Assembly: GCA_044223035.1 (NCBI GenBank)
Contig: JBGAMJ010000013.1
Span: 1,253-65,252, forward strand
Direction: 5' to 3'
Source: Piscinibacter sp.
Lineage (GTDB): Bacteria; Pseudomonadota; Gammaproteobacteria; Burkholderiales; Burkholderiaceae_C
DNA length: 64,000 nt
The stretch's first letter is position 1; each line of letters opens with the position of its first letter. The notes under the pieces are model-generated. The model searched no databases. It saw only the letters and a program-made list of their open reading frames with translations, and was not told the origin of the DNA. This document shows, one piece after another, positions 25,198 to 35,115 of this stretch. The translations under genes and the position numbers were made by a program.

Positions 25198-26241
25198 TCA
25201 TGAGGTGCGGCCGATGGCGCTGCCGGCCTCGCGCAGGCGCGACTTCAGGCCGCCGAAGCGACGCCGGTACTGCGTCGGCGACATCATCACCTTGCGGCGG
25301 AACAGCCGGTTGAAGAAGCTCGTGTCGCGGTAGCCGACCTCGAACGCGATGGCATCGATCGAGGCGTCGCCTGACTCGAGCATCTGCTTGGCCTCCTCCA
25401 GCCGCAGGTGGTGCACGTAGTCGAGAGGGCTCATGCCGGTGGCTTACATGAAACGGCGCTTGAAGGTGCGTTCGGCGAGCCCTGCGATCGCGATCATCTG
25501 CGCCACCGGCGCCTGGTGCCGGTAGTGCTCCGCTGCCCAGGCCTGCGCCGCGGATACCGCTGCGTCGCTCGACTGCGCACCATGGCGCAGCGACGCGTAG
25601 GCGACCGGGCTGGTCGCGGCCCAGTCGATCAGGTTGATACGGGCCACCTGCATCGCCGCCTCGGCGCCGGCGAAGCGGCTGATGAGCGCCATCACGAGCT
25701 GGTGCCAGGCGATGCCGCTGCCGGCCATCACGATGCGCTGCCCTGCACCGGCGAACAGCAGGCCACGCTCCGGATGCCAGCGCGTGCCCGGATAGTCGCG
25801 CTGGAGCACGTCGCAATAGGCCCAGTGCGACGTGGCGTCCAGCCCCTCGAGCAGGCCGGTGCGCGCGAGCAGCACCGCCCCCGAGCACGACGACGCGAGG
25901 ATCGAGCCCTGCGCATGGCGCTCGCGCAGCCAGCCGACCTCGGCGTCGTAGGCCGCGCCGAGCGGCTCGCCGGGCGGCACCGCGATGTCGGTCACGCACA
26001 CCACGTCGGGTTGGCAGTCTTCGAACGAGCCCTGCGGGAGGATGCGCACTCCGTTCGCGCCCTCGAGCGGCTCGCCATCTCGGCTGACGATCATCGAGCG
26101 GAACGGTGACTCGGCATGGCTGCCGTGCACCATCGACCAGTCGCGGTGCACGCCGGCAAACAGGTCGTGGAATCCATACAGCGTCGCGGCGGTGACGCTG
26201 GGCATCGCGAGCAATGCCACGGTGATCCGTCGGCTCGTCAT
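25198..26241 (-). pseudogene. GlxA-family (DJ-1/PfpI + AraC HTH) transcriptional regulator with an in-frame TAA
   Basis: N-terminal part 25444-26241 (...ILASSCSGAVLLARTGLL..., ...LAERTFKRRFM-stop) and C-terminal part 25198-25434 (MSPLDYVHHLRLEEAKQML...) are in the same frame, separated by TAA GCC ACC GGC. Confidence 0.8.
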
Positions 26242-26364
26242 GGCTTCCTCCGCGTGGCAGGAACGGACGGATTCTTGCCGAAACGCCGCTGTCCGGCGAG
26301 ACCCTGCGTCTGCAGACTGCCGGCACCCATCCTTCTTCAGCCAACCTCTCACCGGAGCGTTCCC

Positions 26365-27138
26365 ATGCCGACCCCTCTCGAGATCTTGCGCGATCCGATC
26401 ACCCTGACCACGCTCGCGTTGTTTGCCGCGCTCTCGCTCGCTGAACGCCTTTTCCCGGGCCGCCCGCTGCCGCATGTGCGCGGCTGGCAGGCACGCGCGC
26501 TGGTCGTGTTCGCCGCCTACACCCTGCTGTCGTCCTACCTGCCGCTGCTGTGGGCCGACGCACTGGCGCCGCTGCAGGTTTTCGACCTGTCCGGCTGGCC
26601 CACCTGGGCCGCCGCCACGCTCGGTCTGCTCGTCTATGAGCTGTTCGGGTATGCGTACCACCGCGGCATGCACGGCGTCGACGCCTGGTTCCGGCTCTCG
26701 CACCAGATGCACCACAGCGCCGAGCGGGTCGATGTCTACGGCGCATTCTGGTTCAGCCCGCTCGACATCGTCGGCTGGACGCTGGTGCCCAGCGTGGCAC
26801 TCACACTGCTCGGCCTGCCGCCGGCTGCGGCAACGACGACGATCCTCGTCATCACCTTCCTGGCCATCTTCCAGCACGCCAACCTGCGCACGCCGCGCTG
26901 GCTGGGCTACGTCGTGCAGCGCCCGGAGAGCCACACGATCCACCATGCGCGCGGCATCCATGCCAAGAACTACGCCGACCTGCCGTTGATCGACATGCTG
27001 TTCGGCACTTTCGACAACCCGCGCGGCTTCGAGCATGCCACTGGATTCTGGGACGGCGCCTCGGCTCGCGTGCTCGACATGCTGCTCGCCCGCGACGTTT
27101 CCCGGCCCGCCACCACCACCACCACCAGCCGACCCTGA
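26365..27138 (+). CDS. sterol desaturase / fatty-acid hydroxylase superfamily membrane protein
   Basis: Histidine boxes HRGMH, HQMHH and HTIHH in a multi-pass hydrophobic protein. ATG 26365 is in frame with the longer track ORF. Confidence 0.85.
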   Translation: MPTPLEILRDPITLTTLALFAALSLAERLFPGRPLPHVRGWQARALVVFAAYTLLSSYLPLLWADALAPLQVFDLSGWPTWAAATLGLLVYELFGYAYHRGMHGVDAWFRLSHQMHHSAERVDVYGAFWFSPLDIVGWTLVPSVALTLLGLPPAAATTTILVITFLAIFQHANLRTPRWLGYVVQRPESHTIHHARGIHAKNYADLPLIDMLFGTFDNPRGFEHATGFWDGASARVLDMLLARDVSRPATTTTTSRP

Positions 27139-27148
27139 GGACCTCACG

Positions 27149-27391
27149 ATGAAACCGACCCTTCGCCGGATCCAGCTCCCCGGCCGCGTGCGGCTCGAGG
27201 TCGCCGAACAAGGCGAACGCACGGGCACCCCGATCATCGTCCTGCATGGCGCCACCGACTCCTGGCGCTCCTTCGAGCCGATGCTGCCCCGCCTGCCGCC
27301 CGACCTGCGTGTGACGGCTCGTCTGGGGACGCAACGATCCGTTCTGCTCGGTCGCCGCCGCCGCGGCGATGGCCTGAACCTGGAGAACTGA
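27149..27391 (+). pseudogene. N-terminal fragment of an alpha/beta hydrolase gene
   Basis: VRLEVAEQGERTGTPIIVLHGATDSWRSFEPMLPRLPPDLRV is a typical alpha/beta-fold N-terminus. The remainder is non-homologous and stops after 80 codons, with no nucleophile elbow. Confidence 0.5.
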
Positions 27392-27393
27392 CG

Positions 27394-28710
27394 ATGAACG
27401 TTCTGATCGACACACTGGGACATCCGGTGAGTGGAGCCACTGCCGCCGCGATCGACCAGTACGAACGGGCTGCGCACGAGCTGCGCTGCCTGATTGGCGA
27501 CCCGCTGGCGGCGGTCGACCGTGCGCTGGCCGGGGCGCCTGGGATGTCGATCGCGCACACGCTGCGCGCCTGGCTGCACCTGCTCGGCACCGAGGCCTCG
27601 GCGCTGGCGATCGCGGGCGAAGCGGCCCAGGCCGCGGCGTGCCACGCCGGCACCGATCGCGAGCGGCTGCATGCGCAGGCGGCCAGGCTCGTCGCCAGCG
27701 GCCGCGGGCGCGACCGCGCGCGCCTGCTCGAAGACCTGAGCGCGGCCTGGCCGCTCGATGCGCTGGCGCTGCAGGCCGGCCACCAGGTGGACTTCTTCAC
27801 CGGCGACTCGCGCATGCTGCGCGACCGCATTGCCCGCGTGCTGCCGCACTGGAACGACGCGATGCCCGGCCACCACGCGGTGCTCGGCATGCACGCCTTC
27901 AGCCTGGAGGAGACCGGCGACCATGCGCAGGCCGAGCGCAGCGGGCGCCGCGCGATCGAGCTGCAGCCGCGCGACACCTGGGCCTGGCACGCGGTGGCCC
28001 ATGTGCACGAGATGCGCAATGCGCCGAAGGACGGCATCGCCTGGCTGGAGCCGAATGCGGCGCACTGGTCGCGGGACAGCTTCTTCGCGGTGCACAACTG
28101 GTGGCACCTCGCGCTGTTCAAGCTCGAGCAGGACCGGCACGACGAGGTGCTCGCGATGTACGACGAATCGATTGGCGGGCCAGGCTCGGGCGTCGTGCTC
28201 GACATGATCGACCAGAGCGCGCTGCTGTGGCGCCTGGCACTGCGCGGCGTGGACGTCGGCGACCGCTGGCAGCCGCTGGCCGAACGCTGGGCGCCGCATG
28301 TCGCCGCGGGCAACTATGCCTTCAACGACCTGCACGCGATGATGGCCTTCGCGAGCGCCGGGCGCAGCGAACTCGCCGCGCAGCTGCGCGAGACGCAGCG
28401 CGCCGCAATCGCCGGCGGCGGCGACAACCGCGCCTTCACCGCCGAGGTCGGCGAGGCGGCCACGCGCGCCGTCCAGGCCTTCGTGGTGGGCGACCACGCG
28501 GATGCCGTCGCGCTGCTGCGGACGGTCCGTTCGTACGCCCATCGCTTTGGCGGCAGCCACGCCCAGCGTGACCTGCTGGACCTGACGCTCGTCGAGGCGG
28601 CGCTGCGCAGCGGCGATCGACCGCTCGCGGCCGCGCTCGCGTCCGAGCGCGCCGCGATGCGACCGGCGAGCCCGCTCGCTCGGCGCTTCGTCTCACGCGC
28701 CGCGATGTGA
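27394..28710 (+). CDS. TTC38-family tetratricopeptide-repeat protein
   Basis: 438 aa, all-helical, with blocks such as ...HQVDFFTGDSRMLRDR..., ...HAFSLEETGDHAQAERSGRRAIELQPRDTWAWHAVAHVHEM... that I recognise from TTC38 homologues. Confidence 0.7.
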   Translation: MNVLIDTLGHPVSGATAAAIDQYERAAHELRCLIGDPLAAVDRALAGAPGMSIAHTLRAWLHLLGTEASALAIAGEAAQAAACHAGTDRERLHAQAARLVASGRGRDRARLLEDLSAAWPLDALALQAGHQVDFFTGDSRMLRDRIARVLPHWNDAMPGHHAVLGMHAFSLEETGDHAQAERSGRRAIELQPRDTWAWHAVAHVHEMRNAPKDGIAWLEPNAAHWSRDSFFAVHNWWHLALFKLEQDRHDEVLAMYDESIGGPGSGVVLDMIDQSALLWRLALRGVDVGDRWQPLAERWAPHVAAGNYAFNDLHAMMAFASAGRSELAAQLRETQRAAIAGGGDNRAFTAEVGEAATRAVQAFVVGDHADAVALLRTVRSYAHRFGGSHAQRDLLDLTLVEAALRSGDRPLAAALASERAAMRPASPLARRFVSRAAM

Positions 28711-28816
28711 CCGTTGGCTGCATCGCCGTGGCGCCGGGGCGGCGACGTCCGGCGCGACCGGCCAGCGCCAGGCCAACCCCTCCAGTCCGCGCCTGTAGTC
28801 CAGCCATTCGATCGAA

Positions 28817-30328
28817 TCAGCCGTTGATCGCGGGCGCGATTCCCCCGTGGCCTTGCAGGTCTGACAATGCCTGCGACCAGCATCGGATGCCTCGTTCGAT
28901 CTCCGTGACGGCAAGGCTTGCGTATCCCACGACGAAGCCGGCCGATGCGGATGGACGACGCCTGCCCGTCGCTGCGAACAGGCCTGACACGGCGTGAAGA
29001 CCCACCCCCCGTCGGCGTGCGGCCTCGATCACGCCGGCCTCATCTCCCGCAGGAATCCAGGGCAGCCAGACCACGACGTGCAGGCCTGCCGAAGATCCCT
29101 CCACGCGCGTCGCGCTGGGCATCCAGCGTGCGATCGCGTCCAGCAGGGCCGCGCGGCGGCGTTCGTTCTCGCGCCGGATCCGGCGCACGTGACGCTCGTA
29201 GGCGCCGCTGTCAATCAGCGACGCCAGCACGCGTTGCTCCAGCACGGGGGCATGGCGGTCGGTCAATCGCTTGGCCTGGCGGAAGGCGCCCACCAGCGAC
29301 GCAGGCAGCACCAGGTATCCCAGCCGCATCTGTGGCGACAGCGCCTTGGAGAAGGTGCCCACGTAGATGACGCGGCCCTCGGTGTCGATGGCCTGCAGGG
29401 CATCGATCGGGCGCTGGCCGTAGCGGAACTCGCCGTCGTAGTCGTCCTCGATCACCCAGGCCCGCTGCCGCCTGGCCCAGCCGAGCAATGCCTGGCGCCG
29501 CACGATCGGCAGCGTGCCGCCCAGCGGGAACTGGTGTGACGGCGTCACGTAGGCCAGGCGAATGCGGGTGTCGCGGGGCAGGCGCTCGGTGTCCAGGCCA
29601 TGGGCGTCCACCGGGATCGACAGCAGCCGCGCGCCGGTGGCCTCGAAGCAGCGCCGTGCCATCAAGTAGCCGGGGTCCTCAAAGACAAAGGCGTCGTCCG
29701 CATCCAGCAGCACACGAGCGCACAGGTCGATGGCCTGCTGCGAGCCGTGCACGATGACGATCTGCTCGGCGTCGCAGTGCAGTCCACGCGCACGCCCGAG
29801 ATAGCCTTGCAGTGCGCGACGAAGTGCGGCGTCACCTTCGGGTGGCGCGTAGTACAGCCGCGAAGGCGGGCTCATCAGGGCCGCGAGGTAGGCGCGCCTC
29901 CAGCTCAGGGCCGGAAAATCCGTCGTGGCAATCGCGCCGTAGAGGAAGTCGACTTCAGCGGGCTGTGCCTTCGGCAGCGCCGACAGGACCATCTTCTCGA
30001 CGCGGCGTCCGAATCTCGACAGCGGCGCGACCGCCCGGCTTCCGCGCCCGACCGGCGCCGGGGCGCTCGACGTCGCCATGCTGGCCACACGTGCCGCACG
30101 ACCGGCCGCCGTGAGCAGGAAGCCTTCCGCCGCCAGTTGCTCGTAGACCGCGGTGACGGTCGTGCGCGAGACGCCGAGTTCTGCCGCCAGAGCCCGAGTG
30201 GAAGGCGCCCGCGCGCCCAGCGGCAGTGTCCCGTTGGCAATCTGCGCGCGCATGAGGTCGTAGATCCGTCGACCCGCGCCCGTCGCGCCAGGGTGCCGGG
30301 GTGCAGGCGGTACTTTCAACTGGACCAT
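28817..30328 (-). CDS. MocR/PdxR-type regulator (GntR HTH fused to an aminotransferase class I/II domain)
   Basis: 503 aa from ATG 30328: HTH (PSTRALAAELGVSRTTVTAVYEQLAAEGFL) followed by a PLP fold-type I domain (...YVGTFSKALSPQMRLGYLV...). Confidence 0.9.
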   Translation of the reverse strand: MVQLKVPPAPRHPGATGAGRRIYDLMRAQIANGTLPLGARAPSTRALAAELGVSRTTVTAVYEQLAAEGFLLTAAGRAARVASMATSSAPAPVGRGSRAVAPLSRFGRRVEKMVLSALPKAQPAEVDFLYGAIATTDFPALSWRRAYLAALMSPPSRLYYAPPEGDAALRRALQGYLGRARGLHCDAEQIVIVHGSQQAIDLCARVLLDADDAFVFEDPGYLMARRCFEATGARLLSIPVDAHGLDTERLPRDTRIRLAYVTPSHQFPLGGTLPIVRRQALLGWARRQRAWVIEDDYDGEFRYGQRPIDALQAIDTEGRVIYVGTFSKALSPQMRLGYLVLPASLVGAFRQAKRLTDRHAPVLEQRVLASLIDSGAYERHVRRIRRENERRRAALLDAIARWMPSATRVEGSSAGLHVVVWLPWIPAGDEAGVIEAARRRGVGLHAVSGLFAATGRRRPSASAGFVVGYASLAVTEIERGIRCWSQALSDLQGHGGIAPAING

Positions 30329-30418
30329 TGAAAATCTCCAGGACTGGACCTTGTCATTGTGCCGGTTGCCTTGGATAGTCTTCGGCGTGCACATTGACGC
30401 ACGTTGATCGATTGAGCC

Positions 30419-31042
30419 ATGTACATCCCAGCCCACTTTGCCGTGTCCGACCCTGCCGTGCTTCATCGGCTCATCCGCGAGCACCCGTTGGGCATGCTGG
30501 TGCGACAAGGCGGCGACGGCCTCGATGCGGACCACATCCCGTTCGAGCTCGACCCGGCCACCGGCCCACTGGGTACCTTGACGGCGCATGTGGCGCGCGC
30601 CAACCCGTTGTGGCGTCAGTGCGCCACCGGGTCCCCGGTGATGGTGGTCTTCCGGGGGGCCGAGGCGTTCATCTCGCCCAGCTGGTATCCGAGCAAGCAC
30701 GAGTCGCACCGCCAGGTGCCGACCTGGAACTACGAGGTGGTCCACGCGCATGGCACGCTCACCGTGCGCGACGACGAGCGTTTCGTGCGCGGCCTGGTGG
30801 CGCGGCTGACGCGTCGGCACGAAGCCGCCGAGCCCAGGCCCTGGAAGATGACCGATTCGGCGCCTGACTACATCGACGCAATGTTGCGCAACATCGTCGG
30901 GGTCGAAGTGACCATCACGTCGCTGGTGGGCAAGTCCAAGCTCAGCCAGAACCGGGAAGCGCGTGATCGACTGGGCGCCGCCGAGGTGCTCGGCGAGCGT
31001 GGGCGTGCCGAACTGGCGCTGCGCATGCGCGATCCCGGCTGA
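30419..31042 (+). CDS. FMN-binding negative transcriptional regulator (PaiB family)
   Basis: MYIPAHFAVSDPAVLHRLIREHPLGMLV..., ...SPSWYPSKHESHRQVPTWNYEVVHAHG..., ...KLSQNREARDR: typical PaiB blocks. Divergent from the MocR gene. Confidence 0.85.
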   Translation: MYIPAHFAVSDPAVLHRLIREHPLGMLVRQGGDGLDADHIPFELDPATGPLGTLTAHVARANPLWRQCATGSPVMVVFRGAEAFISPSWYPSKHESHRQVPTWNYEVVHAHGTLTVRDDERFVRGLVARLTRRHEAAEPRPWKMTDSAPDYIDAMLRNIVGVEVTITSLVGKSKLSQNREARDRLGAAEVLGERGRAELALRMRDPG

Positions 31043-31068
31043 ACCCGAGCAATCCGCACGCTTCGCCG

Positions 31069-31401
31069 ATGTACGCCGCCACTTTCACCTTCGCCAAGCG
31101 CGATTTCGACGATGCGTTCCACGCGCTCGACCAGGTCATCTCGCGGGTCGCCCGGTCCGTCCCCGGTTACCGGGGAGAAGAGAGCTGGGAGAACGCGGCC
31201 AACGGACTCATCTGCAACGTTTACTACTGGGACAGCCTGGAAGCCCTGCAGCAGCTGATCGAGCACCCCGCACATCAGGCGGCCAAGCAGCAGCAGGGGC
31301 AATGGCTCGCCGGCTACCAGGTCACGATCGCGCAGGTCCTGAAAAGCTATGGCGACGGCGCCGTAGAACATCCGCTGGCGAAAGGAACCGCTGGGACTTG
31401 A
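31069..31401 (+). CDS. antibiotic-biosynthesis-monooxygenase (ABM) domain protein
   Basis: 110 aa with ferredoxin-like ABM pattern (...GYRGEESWENAANGLICNVYYWDSLEALQQLIEHPAHQAAK...). Confidence 0.75.
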   Translation: MYAATFTFAKRDFDDAFHALDQVISRVARSVPGYRGEESWENAANGLICNVYYWDSLEALQQLIEHPAHQAAKQQQGQWLAGYQVTIAQVLKSYGDGAVEHPLAKGTAGT

Positions 31402-31781
31402 CGGTGCCGACCGTGGCCACTTGCTCGCGCGACGATGGAACACCGGCCTGGGACGCGCTGGAAGAACCCGTCGGCGGTCTGGAGTCGGGCCGGGCTGTCG
31501 CATTCGCGTCCGGCATGGCCGCCATCGCTGCAGTCTCCGACCCGTTGCCCGCGGGTTCGATCGTGGTGTTGCCGGACACACCGCTACCCGGGCGCTGCCG
31601 GCCTGGCTGCGGCGGGGGCGCAGCACGGCCGATGGTCGGTCCTGCGCGTGGCACTGGACGACACGGCAGGCTGGGTCCGGGCCCTTCCAGGCGTCCTGGT
31701 TCCTGTTCAGGACATCGTTCTTGAACCGCGCGTCGGCATCGTTGGCCGCCCGGGCCGCAGGCCGTGGGCTGATCGGTCCGG
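31402..31781 (+). pseudogene. fragment of a Cys/Met-metabolism PLP enzyme gene (cystathionine gamma-synthase/lyase family), frameshifted
   Basis: ...WDALEEPVGGLESGRAVAFASGMAAIAAVSDPLPAGSIVVLPD... in one frame, and ...VLRVALDDTAGWVRAL... in another. No start, no lysine motif and no proper end. Confidence 0.45.
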
Positions 31782-33350
31782 CTAGGCACCCGTGTGCGTG
31801 GCGGGCGGTGCCGACATCTCCTGCTGGAACAGCGCGATCTGCCGGTACTGTGCTTCGAGTTGCACGGGCATCGCCAGGAAGATCGGCAGCAGGCGCTCGT
31901 AGACGGCCACGTTCTTCGGCAGCGGGACGTGCCGGTGCGTGGCGCCGACCATGCCGCCGACGACGTCCAGCGAATCCACCCGTCCCAGCGCATACAGGCC
32001 GAGCACTGCCGCACCGAGGCAGGAACTCTCGAACGTCTCCGGCACCACCACTTCGCGGTTGAACACGTCGGCCATCATCTGCCGCCAAAGTCCGGAACGG
32101 GCAAAGCCGCCTGTCGCCTTGATGCTCTGGCTCCTGCCGACGAGCGATTCCACGGCCGGCAGAATGCTGTACAGGTTGAGGATCACCCCCTCGAGCGCCG
32201 CGCGGATCATGTGCTCCTTGCGGTGGTGCATCGCCAGGCCGAAGAATGAGCCGCGCAGGTTGGCGTTCCACAGAGGCGCGCGTTCGCCCGCCAGATACGG
32301 ATGAAAGAGCAGGCCCTCGGCGCCCGCCGGGACGCGTTCGGCGATACGGGTCAGCACCTCGTAGGGGTCCAGCCCCAGGCGCTTCGCGGTCTCGCATTCC
32401 GAGGCAGCGAACTCGTCGCGCACCCAGCGAAAGATGATGCCGCCGTTGTTGACCGGGCCGCCGACCACCCAGTGGCGTTCGGTCAGCGCGTAGCAGAAGG
32501 TGCGGCCGGACGGATCGGTTCGCGGTTTGTCGACCACCGCGCGCATCGCTCCGCTGGTGCCGATGGTCACCGCCACCTCGCCCGGCTGGATCGCGTTCAC
32601 GCCCAGGTTCGACAACACGCCGTCGTTCGCGCCGACGACGAAGGTGACCTCGGCGGACAGTCCGAGCTCGCGCGCCAACGCGGCATCCAGTCCCTGCAGG
32701 TGGTGGGTCGTCGGCACCAGGGTCGAGAGCTGGTCGCGCCGAACGCCGGCGACCGCGAGCGCCTCGTCGTCCCAGTCGAGCCGCTCCAGGTTGAACAGGC
32801 CCGTTGCCGAAGCGATCGAATGATCGACGAGGTATTGCCCGAAGAGGCGGAAGAACACGTACTCCTTGATGCCGATGAAGCGCGCCGTCCGGGTGAACAG
32901 TTCCGGCTGTTCGTCGCGCAGCCAGGCCAGCTTGGCCAGCGGCGACATCGGGTGGATCGGCGTGCCGGTGCGCCGGTAGATCGCGTCGCCGCCCGGCCCC
33001 GCCTTGATGCGCTCGGCCCATGCCGCCGCGCGGTTGTCGGCCCAGGTGATGCTGCGGGTGAGCGGCCGGCCCTGCGCATCGACGGCGATGACGCTGTGCA
33101 TCGCGGCGCTGAACGAGACGCAGACGATGTCGCCGGTCGGCAATGGGCAGCGCTTCAGGCTCGTGCGGATCGTCTCCAGAACCGCCTGGAAGATCTGCTC
33201 GGGATCCTGCTCGGCGGCGGCGGTGGCCGGCCGCAGCAACGGGTAGTCGACGGCGTGGTGGGCGACCGGCTTGCCGTCCAGCGTGAAGACGACGGCCTTG
33301 GTGCTGGTGGTGCCGATGTCGACACCGATCATCAGGGCGGGCATGGTCAC
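31782..33350 (-). CDS. gntK: FGGY-family gluconokinase
   Basis: 522 aa: MIGVDIGTTSTKAVVF..., ...GANDGVLSNLG..., ...ATGGFARSGLWRQMMADVF... Directly downstream of the gluconate permease gene. Confidence 0.85.
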   Translation of the reverse strand: MTMPALMIGVDIGTTSTKAVVFTLDGKPVAHHAVDYPLLRPATAAAEQDPEQIFQAVLETIRTSLKRCPLPTGDIVCVSFSAAMHSVIAVDAQGRPLTRSITWADNRAAAWAERIKAGPGGDAIYRRTGTPIHPMSPLAKLAWLRDEQPELFTRTARFIGIKEYVFFRLFGQYLVDHSIASATGLFNLERLDWDDEALAVAGVRRDQLSTLVPTTHHLQGLDAALARELGLSAEVTFVVGANDGVLSNLGVNAIQPGEVAVTIGTSGAMRAVVDKPRTDPSGRTFCYALTERHWVVGGPVNNGGIIFRWVRDEFAASECETAKRLGLDPYEVLTRIAERVPAGAEGLLFHPYLAGERAPLWNANLRGSFFGLAMHHRKEHMIRAALEGVILNLYSILPAVESLVGRSQSIKATGGFARSGLWRQMMADVFNREVVVPETFESSCLGAAVLGLYALGRVDSLDVVGGMVGATHRHVPLPKNVAVYERLLPIFLAMPVQLEAQYRQIALFQQEMSAPPATHTGA

Positions 33351-33354
33351 TCCT

Positions 33355-34707
33355 TCAGACGACGAACGACAAGGCCATGATCAGGACGATCGCGACCACC
33401 GAGATGATGGTTTCCATGGCCGTCCAGGTCTTGAAGGTCTCGACCACGGTCATGTTGAAGTACTGCTTGACCAGCCAGAAACCGGCGTCGTTGACGTGCG
33501 ACAGGATCAACGAGCCGGCACCGGTGGCCAGCACCAGCAGTTCGCGGTTCACGCCCGGCACCATGGTCGCCAGGGGCGCGACGATACCGGCACCGGTGAT
33601 GGTGGCCACCGTGGCCGAGCCGGTGGCGATGCGGATCAGCCCCGCCACCAGCCAGGCCAGCAGGATCGGCGAGATCTGCGCATGCAGCGCCATCTGCCCG
33701 ATCGCATTGCCCACGCCGCTGGCGACCAGCATCTGCTTGAAGCCGCCGCCGGCGCCGATGATGACCACGATGGCCGCAGTCGGCGCCAGGCTCTCGTCGA
33801 CGAACTTCAGGATCTGCCTGGAGGTGAAGCCGCGCGCCGCGCCGAAGGTGTACAGCGCGAGCAGGAGCGCCGCCAGCAGTGCGGTGATCGGGTGGCCGGC
33901 CAGATCCATCCACTGACGGAACAGGTTCTTGTCGTCGAAGGCGATGTCGGCGAAGGCCTTGAGCAGCATCAGGAACACCGGCAGCAGCACGGTGACCAGC
34001 GTGACGCCGAAGCCGGGCAGGTCACGCGCTTCGGCGTCGCCGGCCAGCTGGCCCATGAGTTCGGCCGACGGCTCCGGACGCACGTACCTGGAAACCAGGC
34101 TCCCGAAGATCGGGCCGGCGATGATGGCCGTCGGCAGGCCGACGATCAGCCCGTAGAAGATCGTCTTGCCGATGTCCGCGCCGAACACGCCGATCGCGAG
34201 CAACGGGCCCGGGTGCGGCGGCACCAGGCCGTGCACCACCGACAGGCCCGCCAGCAGCGGGATGCCGACCTTGATCAGCGGCACGCCGGTACGGCGCGCG
34301 ACGATGAAGACTAGCGGGATCAGCAGCACGAAGCCGATCTCGAAGAACAGCGGGATGCCCACCAGGAAGGCAGCGATCATCATCGCCCAGTGCACCCGTT
34401 TTTCACCGAACGCATTGACGAGGGTGCGGGCGATCTGGTCCGCACCGCCCGATTCGGCCATCAGCTTGCCGAGCATGGTGCCCAGCGCCAGCACGATGCC
34501 GACAAAGCCGAGCACGCCACCGAAACCGTCCTGGTAGGACTTCATCACGAGGGCCACCGGCATGCCCGAGGTCAGGCCGAGGAAGCCGGCCGCCAGGGTC
34601 AATGCGATGAAGGGGTGGATGCGAAAGCGCGTGATCAGCGCGATCAGGCCGATGATCGCGACGAGCGCGTCCAGCAGCAGAAAGGTCTCGTTGCTCAAGC
34701 CGAACAT
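33355..34707 (-). CDS. gntP: GntP-family gluconate:H+ symporter
   Basis: 450 aa, about 12 TM segments, with GntP blocks (IALTLAAGFLGLTSGMP..., ...GPLLAIGVFGADIGKTI..., ...SHVNDAGFWLVKQYF...). Confidence 0.9.
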   Translation of the reverse strand: MFGLSNETFLLLDALVAIIGLIALITRFRIHPFIALTLAAGFLGLTSGMPVALVMKSYQDGFGGVLGFVGIVLALGTMLGKLMAESGGADQIARTLVNAFGEKRVHWAMMIAAFLVGIPLFFEIGFVLLIPLVFIVARRTGVPLIKVGIPLLAGLSVVHGLVPPHPGPLLAIGVFGADIGKTIFYGLIVGLPTAIIAGPIFGSLVSRYVRPEPSAELMGQLAGDAEARDLPGFGVTLVTVLLPVFLMLLKAFADIAFDDKNLFRQWMDLAGHPITALLAALLLALYTFGAARGFTSRQILKFVDESLAPTAAIVVIIGAGGGFKQMLVASGVGNAIGQMALHAQISPILLAWLVAGLIRIATGSATVATITGAGIVAPLATMVPGVNRELLVLATGAGSLILSHVNDAGFWLVKQYFNMTVVETFKTWTAMETIISVVAIVLIMALSFVV

Positions 34708-34753
34708 GGTGTTCTCCGGGAGGGCGATGGTGACGTCAGTTGCGCTGATTGGT

Positions 34754-34771
34754 TTGGACAGCGCTATCCAA
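34754..34771. promoter_or_regulatory. LacI-type palindromic operator candidate upstream of gntP
   Basis: TTGGACAGCGCTATCCAA is an 18-bp palindrome with one mismatched pair and a central GCGC core, 47 bp upstream of the gntP start. Confidence 0.45.
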
Positions 34772-34859
34772 ATTGATCAAAAAAATGACCGCAGACCAGG
34801 CCGCGATCGTTCCGGCCTTTGCGAGCAACGTGACGAAAGGCTGCTGGCCGAGGGATTCG

Positions 34860-34871
34860 GATAGCGCTATC
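34860..34871. promoter_or_regulatory. second copy of the operator core
   Basis: GATAGCGCTATC is a perfect 12-bp palindrome sharing the ATAGCGCTAT core with 34754-34771. Confidence 0.4.
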
Positions 34872-34949
34872 TTAGGACTCGCATCACGCTGCCGACATAG
34901 TATTTACCCGCATGTGCGGAGAACGCCTCCGCGCCGACTTTCAGGAGGA

Positions 34950-35115
34950 TGGCCTCGTGCCGCTGCCTCCGGCTCGAGGGCGACCACCTTCACGCCCGCC
35001 TCGAGCAGCCGGTCCACGATCGCCTCGTGGTCATCGAGGCCGGTCAGCGCGACAACGTCGTCCCAGCGCGGCAGGCAGACGTCGGTGGGTCGGAATGCCT
35101 CGATCGTCGGCCGCG
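34950..35115 (-). pseudogene. internal fragment of a PfkB-family sugar kinase gene (KdgK-like)
   Basis: ...LPRWDDVVALTGLDDHEAIVDRLLEAGVKVVALEPEAAARG resembles the C-terminal third of 2-keto-3-deoxygluconate kinases. There is no N-terminus and no proper end. Confidence 0.35.

Noticed and set aside
25444-28560. 1038-aa minus-strand ORF
   Set aside because: Only the C-terminal 265 codons (25444-26241) are real: the DJ-1/PfpI part of the GlxA-type regulator. Upstream it runs antisense through the desaturase and TTC38-like genes.
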